NCBI GenBank assembly: GCA_965219995.1
Contig: CBDCOX010000002.1
Span: 1,728,001-1,792,000, forward strand
Direction of reading: 5' to 3'
DNA length: 64,000 nucleotides
Origin: Candidatus Latescibacterota bacterium
GTDB lineage: Bacteria; Latescibacterota; UBA2968; GCA-2709665
The position numbers and the translations under genes are program-made. The notes beneath the pieces are model-generated. The model was not told the origin of the DNA and searched no databases. It saw only the letters and a program-made list of their open reading frames with translations. Shown one piece after another: positions 22,534 to 33,046 of the stretch; position 1 is the first letter of the stretch, and each line of letters starts with the position of its first letter.

Positions 22534-23280
22534 TTATCCTCCCGCCCACGTTTCATCCAATTTCTGAAGTTCCTTCAGCCGCATCTTTATTGTCCTGTTG
22601 TCCGGCTCCCGCTCACGGACCTGCTTCAGGACAGCCACTGCTTCTTCAATCAACCCCTGAGCCACGTACAGTTCGGCAAGGGTCGAGGTTGCAATCGGTA
22701 CGGTTCCGTCGCCGGTTCCGGATATCGCGGCCCGGTCCCCGGCAGAACCACGCCTGGCCGGGAGGTCCCGCAACAGACGGGAAAAATCCTCACGTTGGCC
22801 CGAATTCCGCTCTGTCGCGCCGCTGTCCGCGGACGCTTCGCGCTCGGGTCCGCTGCCGGATCCGGAGGCGGTTTGGTCTCCCCCCCGTTCGCCGGTTTCC
22901 ATTTCGGCAGCCAGCAGCCGGCTCATCGGATCGACCGCGAGGGCGCACCTGAAATACTGCAGCGCCCGTTCCTCGAAGCCCAGTCTTCTTTCGACCAGGC
23001 CCAGCAGCCAGCAGGCTGCCGGATTGTCGTGATCCAGCGAGAGCGTTTCCTGAAATTCCCGCCGGGCCTCATCCAAACGCCCCGCCGCCATGTGACACCT
23101 GCCCATCACGAGATGACCGGTAGGGTAAAACGGGCGGTATCTGAGGCCCTTCCGGCAGATCTCCGTTGCACGTTCCACGTTGCCCGATCGCAGCATCCCG
23201 TCGGCGAGGCGGGCAAACAGGATCGACGCGGGATTCCTGCTGAATATTCGTTCAAGCTGTGCAATAGATGTGGCCGTCAT
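22534..23280 (-). CDS. Tetratricopeptide repeat protein
   Basis: FARLAD...GHLVMGRC TPR helices; C-terminal TLAELYVAQG. Confidence 0.8.
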   Translation of the reverse strand: MTATSIAQLERIFSRNPASILFARLADGMLRSGNVERATEICRKGLRYRPFYPTGHLVMGRCHMAAGRLDEARREFQETLSLDHDNPAACWLLGLVERRLGFEERALQYFRCALAVDPMSRLLAAEMETGERGGDQTASGSGSGPEREASADSGATERNSGQREDFSRLLRDLPARRGSAGDRAAISGTGDGTVPIATSTLAELYVAQGLIEEAVAVLKQVREREPDNRTIKMRLKELQKLDETWAGG

Positions 23281-23310
23281 CGTCTCACCACCCGGTCTCA
23301 ACCGGAGGGA

Positions 23311-23339
23311 ATTATAGGCAAAAGCCCGATGCTTGTCAA
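23311..23339 (-). promoter_or_regulatory. Perfect consensus sigma70 promoter heading the TPR-efp-accBC-gcvH-scpAB-cmk-plsC-rpsA run
   Basis: Minus strand TTGACA-N17-TATAAT. Confidence 0.85.
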
Positions 23340-23363
23340 GGCCGCGACAATGCGACCGTCGCC

Positions 23364-23529
23364 TAACAGTCCGTTGATAAAATCCATCCGGTCTGCGTCC
23401 GGCCCTTGTGACCGAAATACAGCGTTGCGCTCCCTCCCCGAATCCAGGGATGCGCGTCGGTCGCGCGCCTTGTCTTCGGCCACAATGACTCGGCCTCGCC
23501 TGCAGAGCGACTTTTTCAACGGACTGCTA
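23364..23529. mobile_element. MITE family A, full-length copy (166 bp)
   Basis: TIRs TAACAGTCCGTTGATAAA and (revcomp) TAGCAGTCCGTTGAAAAA; two partial copies elsewhere in window; no transposase. Confidence 0.85.
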
Positions 23530-23740
23530 AACTTCCGCGCCGAGCGAACAGGCGTGTTTCAAACCGGGGGCACGCCGTCCCGAGAATGCGGAACGATGCC
23601 GCAGTTCGATTTCTACCGGCGCCCGGCCGCCGGGCCGGTCTCGTCCTTGAATTGGCTTGTGTGAATATGGGCGATGTGCTATATTCAAAGCTGTTTATGG
23701 CGCTTTTTCGCACCTGCTTTGTCCGCTCCGGGAGGCGGCT

Positions 23741-24262
23741 ATGGAACTCGTCAAGTTGTTTGTTTCATTCACGAAGGTCGGTATTTTTGCGTACGGGGGC
23801 GGACCGTCGATGATTCCGCTGGTCCAGGAGGAAGTCGTCGACGTGCACGGCTGGATGACCATCGAAGAGTTCACCGACGCGCTTGCGATGGGCTACGCCC
23901 TTCCGGGCCCGATCGCGACGAAAATGGCCGCGTACATCGGTTACCAGGTCGCACAGACACCAGGCCTGATCGTCGCCCTTTTCGGTACGGTCTTTCCCTC
24001 CCTCATCCTGATGATGATTCTGGGGCTGTTCTTCATGGCCTATAAGGGCGCGCCCGCAGTCCAGGCAATGCTCAAGGCAGTCCGGCCGGCTGTCGTCGGC
24101 CTTCTTCTCGTCGTGGTCTGGCAGATGGCGCCCAAGTCCGTGAATTCATGGCACACGGGCCTGATCGCCATAGCGGCCTTTGTCGCGATCCATTTCCTGA
24201 ACCTGCATCCGGCGGTCGCGATTGTCAGCACCGCGGTTCTGGGCCTGGCTGTTTACCGGTAA
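23741..24262 (+). CDS. Short-chain chromate transporter (ChrA family, single domain)
   Basis: FTKVGIFAYGGG, LPGPIATKMAAYIGY; ATG 23741 after GGAGG. Confidence 0.88.
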   Translation: MELVKLFVSFTKVGIFAYGGGPSMIPLVQEEVVDVHGWMTIEEFTDALAMGYALPGPIATKMAAYIGYQVAQTPGLIVALFGTVFPSLILMMILGLFFMAYKGAPAVQAMLKAVRPAVVGLLLVVVWQMAPKSVNSWHTGLIAIAAFVAIHFLNLHPAVAIVSTAVLGLAVYR

Positions 24263-24304
24263 AAATACGACACCCGTACCGCCTTCGGAGGAGCTCGTCT
24301 TCGA

Positions 24305-25333
24305 ATGAAGGACTTCTCGATTATTGAGCACAAAGCACTTAAAAACAAATGTTTATCTAATCAGGAGATGCTGGCGGTGCTTGATACGCCAAACGAAGAC
24401 CTGCTCCTCCTGATCCACGCGGCCTACCGCGTTCGCCACCGGTATTTCGGAAACAGAGTCCGGCTTCACGTGCTGCAGAACGCCAAGAGTGGACTGTGTC
24501 CGGAAGATTGCGCCTACTGTTCCCAATCTGCGGTATCCACGGCGGGCATCAGCAAATATCCGCTGTTGCCGCGAGAGCAGATCATAGACGGCGCCAGAAA
24601 GGCCAAGGCCGGCAGGGCATTGCGCTATTGCATCGTCACCAGCGGAAGAGGCCCGACCGACAGAGAGGTGGAAACCATTGCGGACATTGTGCGCGAAGTC
24701 AAACGAACCGTCGACATCGACATCTGCTGCTGTATGGGGCTGCTGGACGAAGCGCAGGCCAGGACGTTGAAAGCAGCCGGTGTGGATCGGATCAATCACA
24801 ACCTCAACACCAGCGCCGAACACCACGGCAGTATCGTGACCACGCACACCTACTCGGACCGTCTGAATACCATTAAGGCCGTCAGGGCCGCCGGCCTCGA
24901 AACCTGCTGCGGCGGAATCATCGGGATGGGAGAGTCCAGGCAGGACATCGTCGACCTGGCCGTGGCCTTACGGGAACTCGACATCGATTCGATCCCCGTC
25001 AATTTTCTGCATCCTATCGAAGGCACCCCACTGGCCGGGCGGAAACCGACGTCGCCGCAGGATGGCCTGAGGGCCCTGTGCCTGTTCCGTTTTGTCAATC
25101 CGAACAAGGAAATCCGCATCGCAGGCGGACGCGAACTCACGCTCCGCTCTCTCCAGGCCCTTGCTCTGTATCCCGCGAACTCCGTCTTTATGGAAGGTTA
25201 TCTGACCACCGGAGGACAATCCACGTCGGAGACCCATCGTCTCATCGAGGATATGGGATTCGAAGTTGAAGAAATGCGGCATCCTGAAAGCGGATCGGAA
25301 GCGCCCTTATCAACCCATGTGGACCTACGATAA
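24305..25333 (+). CDS. bioB: Biotin synthase
   Basis: [35 protein letters not shown]. Confidence 0.95.
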   Translation: MKDFSIIEHKALKNKCLSNQEMLAVLDTPNEDLLLLIHAAYRVRHRYFGNRVRLHVLQNAKSGLCPEDCAYCSQSAVSTAGISKYPLLPREQIIDGARKAKAGRALRYCIVTSGRGPTDREVETIADIVREVKRTVDIDICCCMGLLDEAQARTLKAAGVDRINHNLNTSAEHHGSIVTTHTYSDRLNTIKAVRAAGLETCCGGIIGMGESRQDIVDLAVALRELDIDSIPVNFLHPIEGTPLAGRKPTSPQDGLRALCLFRFVNPNKEIRIAGGRELTLRSLQALALYPANSVFMEGYLTTGGQSTSETHRLIEDMGFEVEEMRHPESGSEAPLSTHVDLR

Positions 25334-27197
25334 ACACTACGACGTCATCGTTGTCGGCGCGGGACACGCCGGGGCCGAGGCCGCACTGGCAGGCGCGCGC
25401 ATGGGGTGCAGCACGCTGCTGCTGACGATGAATCTGGATACGGTCGCCCAGATGTCCTGCAATCCGGCGGTTGGAGGTATCGCAAAGGGCCATATGGTGC
25501 GCGAGATCGATGCTTTGGGCGGTGAAATGGCGCAGAACATCGACGCAACGGGTCTGCAATTCCGTCTGCTGAACCGGAGCAAGGGGCCGGCGGTGCAGGC
25601 CCCCCGCGCGCAGGCCGACAAGAAAGCGTATCAGTTCCGCATGAAATACGTCGTGGAAAGTCAGCCGAACCTGGACCTCAAGCAGGGCCTTATCGAAGAC
25701 CTGCTGGTCGACGACGGCCGCATAAGGGGCATCCTCACCAGGTCCCGCACGATATTTCTGGGTCGGACGGTCATCCTCACTACAGGCACGTTCCTGCGGG
25801 GACTGATCCATGTCGGAGACCGGTCGCACAGCGCGGGGCGCGCCGGGGAGCAATCCGCGGAACGGGCATCGGGCGGCCTTCGGCGCCTGGGGTTCGAGCT
25901 GGGCAGATTGAAGACAGGGACGCCGCCCCGGATCAATTCCCGCAGCGTCGATTACGCCGCTATGGACATCCAGCCCGGAGACGAGCAACCGTGCCCCTTC
26001 TCCTACCGGACCAGGGCCATCAAGCAGGAACAGCTCAATTGCCACATAACCTGCACCACGCCGGCTACCCACGAAATCATCCGCCGGAACCTGGATCGCT
26101 CGGCAATGTACAGCGGACGTATCCAGTCCGTGGGTCCGCGGTACTGTCCTTCGATCGAAGACAAAGTCGTCAGGTTCGCCGACAGGCGGAAACACCAGCT
26201 CTTTGTGGAGCCGGAAGGTTACGACACCCGGGAAGTTTACCTCAACGGGCTGTCAATGAGTCTGCCCGAAGACGTTCAGGTCGAGGTTGTCCGCAGCGTT
26301 CCCGGCCTGGAAAAAGCGGAAATCATGCGGCCGGGCTATGCCGTCGAATACGACTATGTCCCGCCTACGCAGATCCTCCCCACCCTGGAAACCAAACCGG
26401 TCAGGGGTTTGTATTTCGCGGGGCAAATCAATGGCACCACGGGCTACGAGGAAGCGGCCGGACAGGGTCTGATGGCGGGTGTCAATGCCGCATTGCGCGT
26501 CCGGAACGACGACGCGCTCGTTCTGGACCGCGCCCAGGCCTATATAGGCGTACTGATCGACGATCTCACGACCAAGGGTACCGATGAGCCGTACCGGATG
26601 TTCACGTCACTGGCGGAATACCGACTGCTGCTGAGGCACGACAACGCCGACCTTCGTCTGACCGAGATCGGCCGCAAGATCGGGCTGATCACCGACTGTG
26701 CGTACAGGTCCTTCAGACATCGCGCGGAAGCGATCGCCGCCGAGCAGCGCCGTTTGAGAGGGGTAAAGGTTACGCCATCGAGCCGGGTTCAGCGGTACCT
26801 TCGGGAAGCGGGCACAACCCCTCTCGCCCAGGCCGCGCCGCTGATCGACCTGCTGCGCCGGCCCCAGCTCGACTTTCGGTTCGTGCAGGAAGTGGCGCCG
26901 CCTCCCGCGCCGCTGCCTCCCGACGTTTGCCAATCCGTTGAGGTGGAGCTCAAGTACGAAGGGTACATCCGACGCCAGGAAACGCAGGTGGCCAGGTTTC
27001 AGGATCTGGAGGCAAGGCGTCTTCCCGATAACATCAATTACCTGGACCTTCCCGCCATCTCCCGTGAGGCCGCAGAAAAGCTCTCGCGGGTGCGCCCCCG
27101 CTCCCTGGGTCAGGCGTCCCGGATTCCTGGCGTTTCACCCGCGGACATCTCCGCCCTGCTGGTCATCCTGAGAGCCCGTGCCCGAGGTGCGGCATGA
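25317..27197 (+). CDS. mnmG: tRNA uridine 5-carboxymethylaminomethyl modification enzyme
   Basis: [46 protein letters not shown]. Confidence 0.97.
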   Translation: MWTYDKHYDVIVVGAGHAGAEAALAGARMGCSTLLLTMNLDTVAQMSCNPAVGGIAKGHMVREIDALGGEMAQNIDATGLQFRLLNRSKGPAVQAPRAQADKKAYQFRMKYVVESQPNLDLKQGLIEDLLVDDGRIRGILTRSRTIFLGRTVILTTGTFLRGLIHVGDRSHSAGRAGEQSAERASGGLRRLGFELGRLKTGTPPRINSRSVDYAAMDIQPGDEQPCPFSYRTRAIKQEQLNCHITCTTPATHEIIRRNLDRSAMYSGRIQSVGPRYCPSIEDKVVRFADRRKHQLFVEPEGYDTREVYLNGLSMSLPEDVQVEVVRSVPGLEKAEIMRPGYAVEYDYVPPTQILPTLETKPVRGLYFAGQINGTTGYEEAAGQGLMAGVNAALRVRNDDALVLDRAQAYIGVLIDDLTTKGTDEPYRMFTSLAEYRLLLRHDNADLRLTEIGRKIGLITDCAYRSFRHRAEAIAAEQRRLRGVKVTPSSRVQRYLREAGTTPLAQAAPLIDLLRRPQLDFRFVQEVAPPPAPLPPDVCQSVEVELKYEGYIRRQETQVARFQDLEARRLPDNINYLDLPAISREAAEKLSRVRPRSLGQASRIPGVSPADISALLVILRARARGAA

Positions 27198-28054
27198 CGA
27201 TTGGCGCGACACAGGTGCAGGCCATTCTCTCGCTGCTGGCCGACCGTGACGCCGAGATCGTTGACATCGTCCGGAACAAACTGTTCACCATGGGCGAGCC
27301 GTTTGTCCGAATGATTCTGGATGCGGCGCCGAAAGGGTCGCCTGCACAACGGGAAGCGGGCAGGATTCTGTTGTGCCTCAAGGATCCTCCGCTGGAAACA
27401 CAGATCCGGAATCTGCAGGAGAACCCGGCCGGCGACATCGACCTGGAATCGGCGTCTTTCACCCTGGCCAGGCTCGCGTATCCCGCCCTCGACGTCCAGC
27501 ATTACCGAAGTCGCCTCAACAAAATGGCGGACGATCTGGCGCTCTCGATCGCCCCCGACGACCATCCGCTCCGGGTCATTCAGACCCTGAACCAATACAT
27601 CTTCGAGTCACAGGGCTTCCGAGGCCGGAAAAATGAACCCGTCGGTCCCGACGCCAGTTACATGAACCGTGTTCTGGATCGCAAGACCGGGCTCCCCATC
27701 TCAATATCGGCGCTATACATTTTCCTGGGCCGCCGGCTTGATCTTCCAATCTTCGGTGTCGGAATGCCCATACACTTTGTCGCAAAGTACAAGTCGACCG
27801 ACGGCATGGAGTACCTGTTCGATCCCTGCAACAAGGGACAGCTCCTGACGGCGAATGAATGCGCGGAATTCCTCTCGCGGTTCGACGTGGCATTCGAGCC
27901 AACCATGCTGCGCCAGTCATCCGACCGGCAGATACTCACGCGTATGATGCTCAACCTTTGCGCCGCCTACAGGAATCAAGAGGACACGCGAAAGGTCGAC
28001 TCGCTCCAGCGTCTGGTTCGGATCCTCCTCAAGCGTTCTCCATTCCAGGAATAG
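27194..28054 (+). CDS. SirB1/transglutaminase-like (Transglut_core2) protein
   Basis: [39 protein letters not shown]. Confidence 0.8.
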   Translation: MTIGATQVQAILSLLADRDAEIVDIVRNKLFTMGEPFVRMILDAAPKGSPAQREAGRILLCLKDPPLETQIRNLQENPAGDIDLESASFTLARLAYPALDVQHYRSRLNKMADDLALSIAPDDHPLRVIQTLNQYIFESQGFRGRKNEPVGPDASYMNRVLDRKTGLPISISALYIFLGRRLDLPIFGVGMPIHFVAKYKSTDGMEYLFDPCNKGQLLTANECAEFLSRFDVAFEPTMLRQSSDRQILTRMMLNLCAAYRNQEDTRKVDSLQRLVRILLKRSPFQE

Positions 28055-28098
28055 ACGACATCTTCACCTCAATTCGAAAAAAGACAACCGTTAAATTG

Positions 28099-28126
28099 GC
28101 CACAAAAAGCACAAAAAGGCACAAAG
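28099..28126 (+). repeat. Short phased CACAAA x3 repeat
   Basis: GCCACAAAAAGCACAAAAAGGCACAAAG in intergenic region. Confidence 0.6.
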
Positions 28127-28329
28127 GGTATCGCTGCAAAACGCGCCGACAAGGTCGTCCGGAAGGACATTTTTTTCGTTCACGTCCAGTGACCTGAAGG
28201 ATCATAGAAATCAGCAGTTAAATCGCCTTTTTTCACTTGCACATATTCGAATTAACGTCGCCGAATAATGACGAATCAAGGTTCAATTCCGAATTGTTGG
28301 AAACCCGCGTCCGTCGCAGCGCTCGTCTC

Positions 28330-28803
28330 ATGTCCGAAAATATCAAAGTTGTCGCGAAGAACCGCAAAGCAGGACGAGACTACTTTTTCGTCGACGGCTA
28401 CGAAGCCGGCATCGAGCTCAAAGGCACCGAGGTGAAGTCGCTGCGCCTCGGCAATGCAAATATGGCCGACTGCTATGCTCGCGTGGAAAACGGCGAGGTC
28501 TACCTGCACAACCTCCACATCGGCGAATACACCGAGGCCAACCGCTTCAATCACGATCCTGTCCGCAAACGCCGGCTGTTGCTTCACAGATACGAAATCG
28601 ACCGGCTGAGGGTCCGTACCGAAGAAAAGGGGCTGACACTGGTCGCCGTGAAGCTTTACTTCAAACGCGGCAGAGCCAAGGTCGAACTTGCGCTCGCCAA
28701 GGGCAAACGCGAATACGACAGGCGCCGCGAGATTGCCAAACGCGACGCGCAACGTGAGATGCGGCGAGAGCTCAAGGCGCGGCAAGCCGGATCCGGAGGC
28801 TAG
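28330..28803 (+). CDS. smpB: SsrA-binding protein
   Basis: NRKA..DY, EAGIEL.GTEVKSLR, RKRRLLLH, GKREYDRR. Confidence 0.97.
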   Translation: MSENIKVVAKNRKAGRDYFFVDGYEAGIELKGTEVKSLRLGNANMADCYARVENGEVYLHNLHIGEYTEANRFNHDPVRKRRLLLHRYEIDRLRVRTEEKGLTLVAVKLYFKRGRAKVELALAKGKREYDRRREIAKRDAQREMRRELKARQAGSGG

Positions 28804-28948
28804 CCTGCTCTGTCGTGGACGTCCATGAAAGATGTGGCGTTGGGTTTAATCTCCAGTCCCGGGGAAGAGAATCTGATGCGGAAACGGGCGTTTCAGCATG
28901 ACATGGCCGAAGCGATCTTCTGGGGCATACGAAACTTCAACCACCGAT

Positions 28949-29842
28949 ATGAGCGACAACTCACCCGGAACTGATCCGTCGATGCGAATCGAGCTTCCGC
29001 GCAGCGACCCGGGATACTACTACGATCCCAGGGTCACGGCCGGTCTTCACGGAGAAATCAGACTCTCTCCCAGGGTCGAAAGACATTGCCGGTGTGGCGG
29101 CAAGCCTCCGTATCAGACGTTTCAACGGCCGGACGCCAGGCCGGCATGGTGTCCATGTCGGCGATTCCGGATGAAAACACACGAGATCAACCGGCTGATT
29201 CGGATCTCCGGCATTCCCGGGCCGTTTCGATATAAATTCCTGGACGATTTCTACGAGAGTTACGATGGAAAACCGATTGGCGGCGCGAAACAACTCAAAC
29301 GCCAGTTACGCAGCCTGATCGAAAAAGCCCGCAATTCGATCACATCGCCCGGCAGGGACGCACAGGCCGTTGCCGTCCAACCGATACGGGGATACTTTCT
29401 CACGGGCAGACCCGGTGTCGGAAAGACCTATTTCTCATACGTCGCGCTCAACGAGCTCATCTTTCACTCGGGGCGCCCGGGTAAATTCATCAGCCTGTCG
29501 AAAGCATTCTTCCAGACGCTGCGTTTCGCGTTTGACGAAAACAGTCCCATGCACGGTAAGTCCGAGACGTTTCTGCGTACCCTCGGCAACATTCCATTTC
29601 TGGTCATCGACGACTTCGGCGTCCAGCGGAATACGGAGTGGGAGCTGGAAATGCTCTACAACCTGGTGGATACCCGATATGCCAACCGGCGATTCACAGT
29701 TGTAACCACCAACCAGGACATCGAGAACGTGAAAGACCTGGCTGAAGGCAGGCTCTATTCGAGATTTATCGAAATGTGTTACGTCATCCGCATCAAGGCG
29801 TCGGACTTCCGGGAACACGCCCGGAAGGAATACGAAATATAA
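28949..29842 (+). CDS. DnaC/DnaI/IstB-like AAA+ ATPase
   Basis: CRC...CPC Zn ligands, Walker A GRPGVGKT, Walker B LVIDDFG, TTN, SRFIEMC; start uncertain (28898/28949/28982). Confidence 0.85.
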   Translation: MSDNSPGTDPSMRIELPRSDPGYYYDPRVTAGLHGEIRLSPRVERHCRCGGKPPYQTFQRPDARPAWCPCRRFRMKTHEINRLIRISGIPGPFRYKFLDDFYESYDGKPIGGAKQLKRQLRSLIEKARNSITSPGRDAQAVAVQPIRGYFLTGRPGVGKTYFSYVALNELIFHSGRPGKFISLSKAFFQTLRFAFDENSPMHGKSETFLRTLGNIPFLVIDDFGVQRNTEWELEMLYNLVDTRYANRRFTVVTTNQDIENVKDLAEGRLYSRFIEMCYVIRIKASDFREHARKEYEI

Positions 29843-29908
29843 GATCCGGATTCGGGTGTGGTCGGGTCGTCAGGCCACGGAACCGTTCCGCAGGAACTAA
29901 CGTCAGAG

Positions 29909-30499
29909 ATGTCGCACCTGGTGGTCGCCACGAAAAATCCCGGCAAACTCAGAGAGATCCGGGAAATACTGGGTTCGGAAGTCCGGCTTCTTTCTCTGGC
30001 CGACTTTCCTGACGTCGGGGATATTGTGGAGGACGGCAGGACTTTCGAGGCCAACGCGATCAAGAAAGCGTTATCGGTCGCCTTGCATACGGGCAGGGCG
30101 TCTCTCGCCGACGACTCGGGCCTGGAGGTGGATGCGCTCGATGGGGCTCCGGGCGTATTCTCCGCGCGATTCGCGGGCGTAAAAGCCACCGACGAGCAGA
30201 ACAACGGCAAGCTTCTCAGGCTTCTCGAAGACACCCCGGACGCGAAACGTACGGCCCGTTTCCGCTGCGTTATCGCCGTCGGCCGTCCGGACGGCACCGT
30301 CCGCACGGCCGGGGGCACGGCCGAAGGGAGGATTCTCAGGAGCCCGAGGGGAACAGGCGGATTCGGATACGATCCTCTGTTCCTGGCTACCTCCGTCGGG
30401 CGGACGTTTGCGGAATTGACGCCGGAAGAAAAAAACAGGCTCAGTCATCGGGGAAGCGCATTGAAGTCGGCGATCCCTCTCCTGCGGAAGATCCTCTGA
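29909..30499 (+). CDS. rdgB: Non-canonical purine NTP pyrophosphatase
   Basis: ATKNPGKLRE, ADDSGL, APGVFSAR, GFGYDP, SHRG. Confidence 0.95.
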   Translation: MSHLVVATKNPGKLREIREILGSEVRLLSLADFPDVGDIVEDGRTFEANAIKKALSVALHTGRASLADDSGLEVDALDGAPGVFSARFAGVKATDEQNNGKLLRLLEDTPDAKRTARFRCVIAVGRPDGTVRTAGGTAEGRILRSPRGTGGFGYDPLFLATSVGRTFAELTPEEKNRLSHRGSALKSAIPLLRKIL

Positions 30500-30544
30500 A
30501 TCGGAAGTATGGGAGACCGGGCAGCGCGGCGCACGTCCCGCCGC

Positions 30545-30763
30545 TCAACGGTCCGTTCCGGAGTCGTCGACGTTGGAGCGGCGTTGATACCGCCGCACCC
30601 GCCGTGCGAAGATCCAGACCAGTCCCACCACCGCCAGGTATTTCAAACCTTCCCACACCCACCCCTCCCATCCAAGAATCACCGGCCAGAGCGCGAATAT
30701 CGACAGCAGGATGAACAGGTCCTCCAGCGCCACCCAGATGCGGCGTTCGTTGCCGTTTGACAT
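30545..30763 (-). CDS. Small two-TM membrane protein
   Basis: 72 aa with two hydrophobic segments; GGAGG RBS overlapping upstream gene end. Confidence 0.7.
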   Translation of the reverse strand: MSNGNERRIWVALEDLFILLSIFALWPVILGWEGWVWEGLKYLAVVGLVWIFARRVRRYQRRSNVDDSGTDR

Positions 30764-30767
30764 GGGT

Positions 30768-32948
30768 CTAACCTCCCGCGTCGGTTACCTGCTGCAGGTA
30801 AGAATACACCTGATAATTGCGATACACCAGCTTCACGTAATTGCGCGTCTCCCGGTACGGAATGCTCTCAACGAACTCATCCACGTCGTGCTCCGGGAGC
30901 CGGACCGACCATTTCCGCGCCACTTTCAATCCGGCGTTGTACGCCGATAAGGCCAGGCCCAACTGCCTGTCTTCACTGCGCCTGAAATGTCGGAAGTGAT
31001 CGGCCAGATGTCTGGCGCCCAGCAGAATGGAGGTGTGGGGATCCCACAGATCTTCCGTAGTGAAACCCTTGAGACGCAGCTTGCGCGCCACCTGGCGTCC
31101 CGTGGCCGGCATGACCTGCATCAACCCGCGCGCGCCAGCCCGCGACAATGCCATTTCATCAAACGCGCTTTCCTGTCGGATAAGTGCAATGACCAGATTC
31201 GGATCGAGCCCGAGATCCTGAGCGGCCCGGGTGATCTCGCCCCAGTAGTAGGTCGGATACAGCCTGCGAAATGACGTCAACGATATCGGCACCCCCTGTT
31301 CGCGTTCCAGATTGAGGATCCGGCCGGATACCCGAAACGCCTGGTTCATGGCACCGATGCGTTCATATCGCCGCTGCAATTCACTCAGCGCGAAAATTTC
31401 CCGTCTGTGCGCCCATCCCGCGTGTCTGTATTCCCGTTCTGCTTCATCATAGAGGCCCAGGTCGGCCAACCTGTCTCCCTTGAGCAGGTACGGTGACGGT
31501 TCGTAGGGTTGCTGCAACCCGTCGTCTCCCGGCGACGCCGGCGCCCGAGGGTGTGCCCTGTCTTTCAGAGCCAGCATCGCCCGCGCGCGAGATCCGTAAT
31601 ACGAGGTTGGGAAGCCGGCTGCGGCCCGCCGTATCCAATCCGCGCCCAACGCCTTCCGTCCTGCCCGTTGATAGGACTTGCCGGCCCAGTAGTAGCCCTG
31701 GTCGCGCATGTAATGTTCCGGCGTCTGGTCCGCCAGCTTCAAAAAGACGCGGGCCGCGTTTTCGAATCGTCCCAGACCGTAGAGCGCATAGCCCGCGCGC
31801 CATCTGGCACGATCGGCAAGATGGCTGCGGGGATACCGGCCGGCCAGACTCAGGAATACCTCACGCGCCTTTGTACGCCTGCCCCTTCGCTCATAGGCCA
31901 TCGCGGCCTGCCAGAGCGCCTCGGCGGCCCCGGGCGTTGCGGGATACTGGCGCGCGAACGACTGAAAGCGGCCGGCCGCTTTCAAATCGAGCCCCCGCTT
32001 CACGGAACAGCGCCCGAGATGAAACAATGCCTTCGGCGACCGGTATCGGCGATGCGCGATCAGGAATTCCCGCTCCGCCGTCCGGTAGTCCTTTTGCTTG
32101 TAGTGGGTCAGACCCAGTTCCAGCTGCGCGCGACCCAGCCATGCGGCATCACGCGACTCCCTGACGATCTGGCGAAGCGTCCGGACGGCCTCGCGAAACC
32201 GTCCGTGGCCTGAATATGCGACAGCCGCGTAATACTGTTCCTGCACCGATCGCAATTGCCCGATCGAATCCAGTGCGACGACCGCCTCGCGCGACCCCGG
32301 GTGATCCCGCACGAGGCGCAGCCGAACCCGCCTGGCATCCGCCGAATCTCCCGCGGCCTCCAACGCGCCCGCAAGGCCCGTGAGCGCCCTCACCGCGTGA
32401 CGGCTCGCGTCCGGCAGTCGCCGATACATCCCGGCTGCTTCCCGCGCCTGTCGCGCCTGCAGATAAAGGTCCGCCGACTGGATCGCCGCTTCTTCAAACA
32501 GCGGACCCGACGGCCGCCTTTCTACGGCCCGCGCAAGATACACCCGTGCGCTATCGGGCCGCCCGAGCCCCCGGTAGCACTCGGCCTGCCAGAAATCCAG
32601 GTAATCGAGAAGCCCCTCATGCGCGTTCTTTGCAGCGCGGAATCCGGCAAGCGCATCGTCGAATCGTCCAAGCTCCTTCAAACAAAGGGCACGCTGAAGT
32701 CCCGCCCTGCGAATCGCCCAATCGTCCATTCCGGCCTGATCCATACGGGACAGAACATGCAGCGCGTTCCGGAACGCTCCACGTGAGATCAGGGTCTCGG
32801 CACGCGCCAGCCGGTCCTGGCGTTCCCCTCTTGCCAGATGCCCGGGAAACGCCAGGACAGCCGACACCGCAAACGCCACGGTCACTCCGGCACGGCAACC
32901 CGCGCTCAGCCTGAACCGGACCAGGGCATTCTTGGACTTGGAATTCAT
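30768..32948 (-). CDS. TPR-containing soluble lytic murein transglycosylase (Slt70-like)
   Basis: RQESAF, GLMQ, AYNAG, ETRNYV; TPR-like N-terminal region. Confidence 0.9.
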   Translation of the reverse strand: MNSKSKNALVRFRLSAGCRAGVTVAFAVSAVLAFPGHLARGERQDRLARAETLISRGAFRNALHVLSRMDQAGMDDWAIRRAGLQRALCLKELGRFDDALAGFRAAKNAHEGLLDYLDFWQAECYRGLGRPDSARVYLARAVERRPSGPLFEEAAIQSADLYLQARQAREAAGMYRRLPDASRHAVRALTGLAGALEAAGDSADARRVRLRLVRDHPGSREAVVALDSIGQLRSVQEQYYAAVAYSGHGRFREAVRTLRQIVRESRDAAWLGRAQLELGLTHYKQKDYRTAEREFLIAHRRYRSPKALFHLGRCSVKRGLDLKAAGRFQSFARQYPATPGAAEALWQAAMAYERRGRRTKAREVFLSLAGRYPRSHLADRARWRAGYALYGLGRFENAARVFLKLADQTPEHYMRDQGYYWAGKSYQRAGRKALGADWIRRAAAGFPTSYYGSRARAMLALKDRAHPRAPASPGDDGLQQPYEPSPYLLKGDRLADLGLYDEAEREYRHAGWAHRREIFALSELQRRYERIGAMNQAFRVSGRILNLEREQGVPISLTSFRRLYPTYYWGEITRAAQDLGLDPNLVIALIRQESAFDEMALSRAGARGLMQVMPATGRQVARKLRLKGFTTEDLWDPHTSILLGARHLADHFRHFRRSEDRQLGLALSAYNAGLKVARKWSVRLPEHDVDEFVESIPYRETRNYVKLVYRNYQVYSYLQQVTDAGG

Positions 32949-33046
32949 GGCGGGTGGACAACGGATGCCATCTCAGGCGCGGACGCGGCAATCGTCGATG
33001 CGAGCGCCTGAGGGCGCTTTATCGCCCGTGTTTCCTGATGACGTCG

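Noticed and set aside
23298-23519. ORFs overlapping MITE A (also 93-437 and 4972-5472)
   Set aside because: Translations of the MITE or of antisense strands, not independent genes.
28055-28900. tmRNA (ssrA) adjacent to smpB
   Set aside because: No tRNA-like ends (GGGG... / TTCRA...CCACCA) found in the flanking gaps.
28898-29842. IS21 element
   Set aside because: No istA transposase or terminal inverted repeats flank the ATPase gene.
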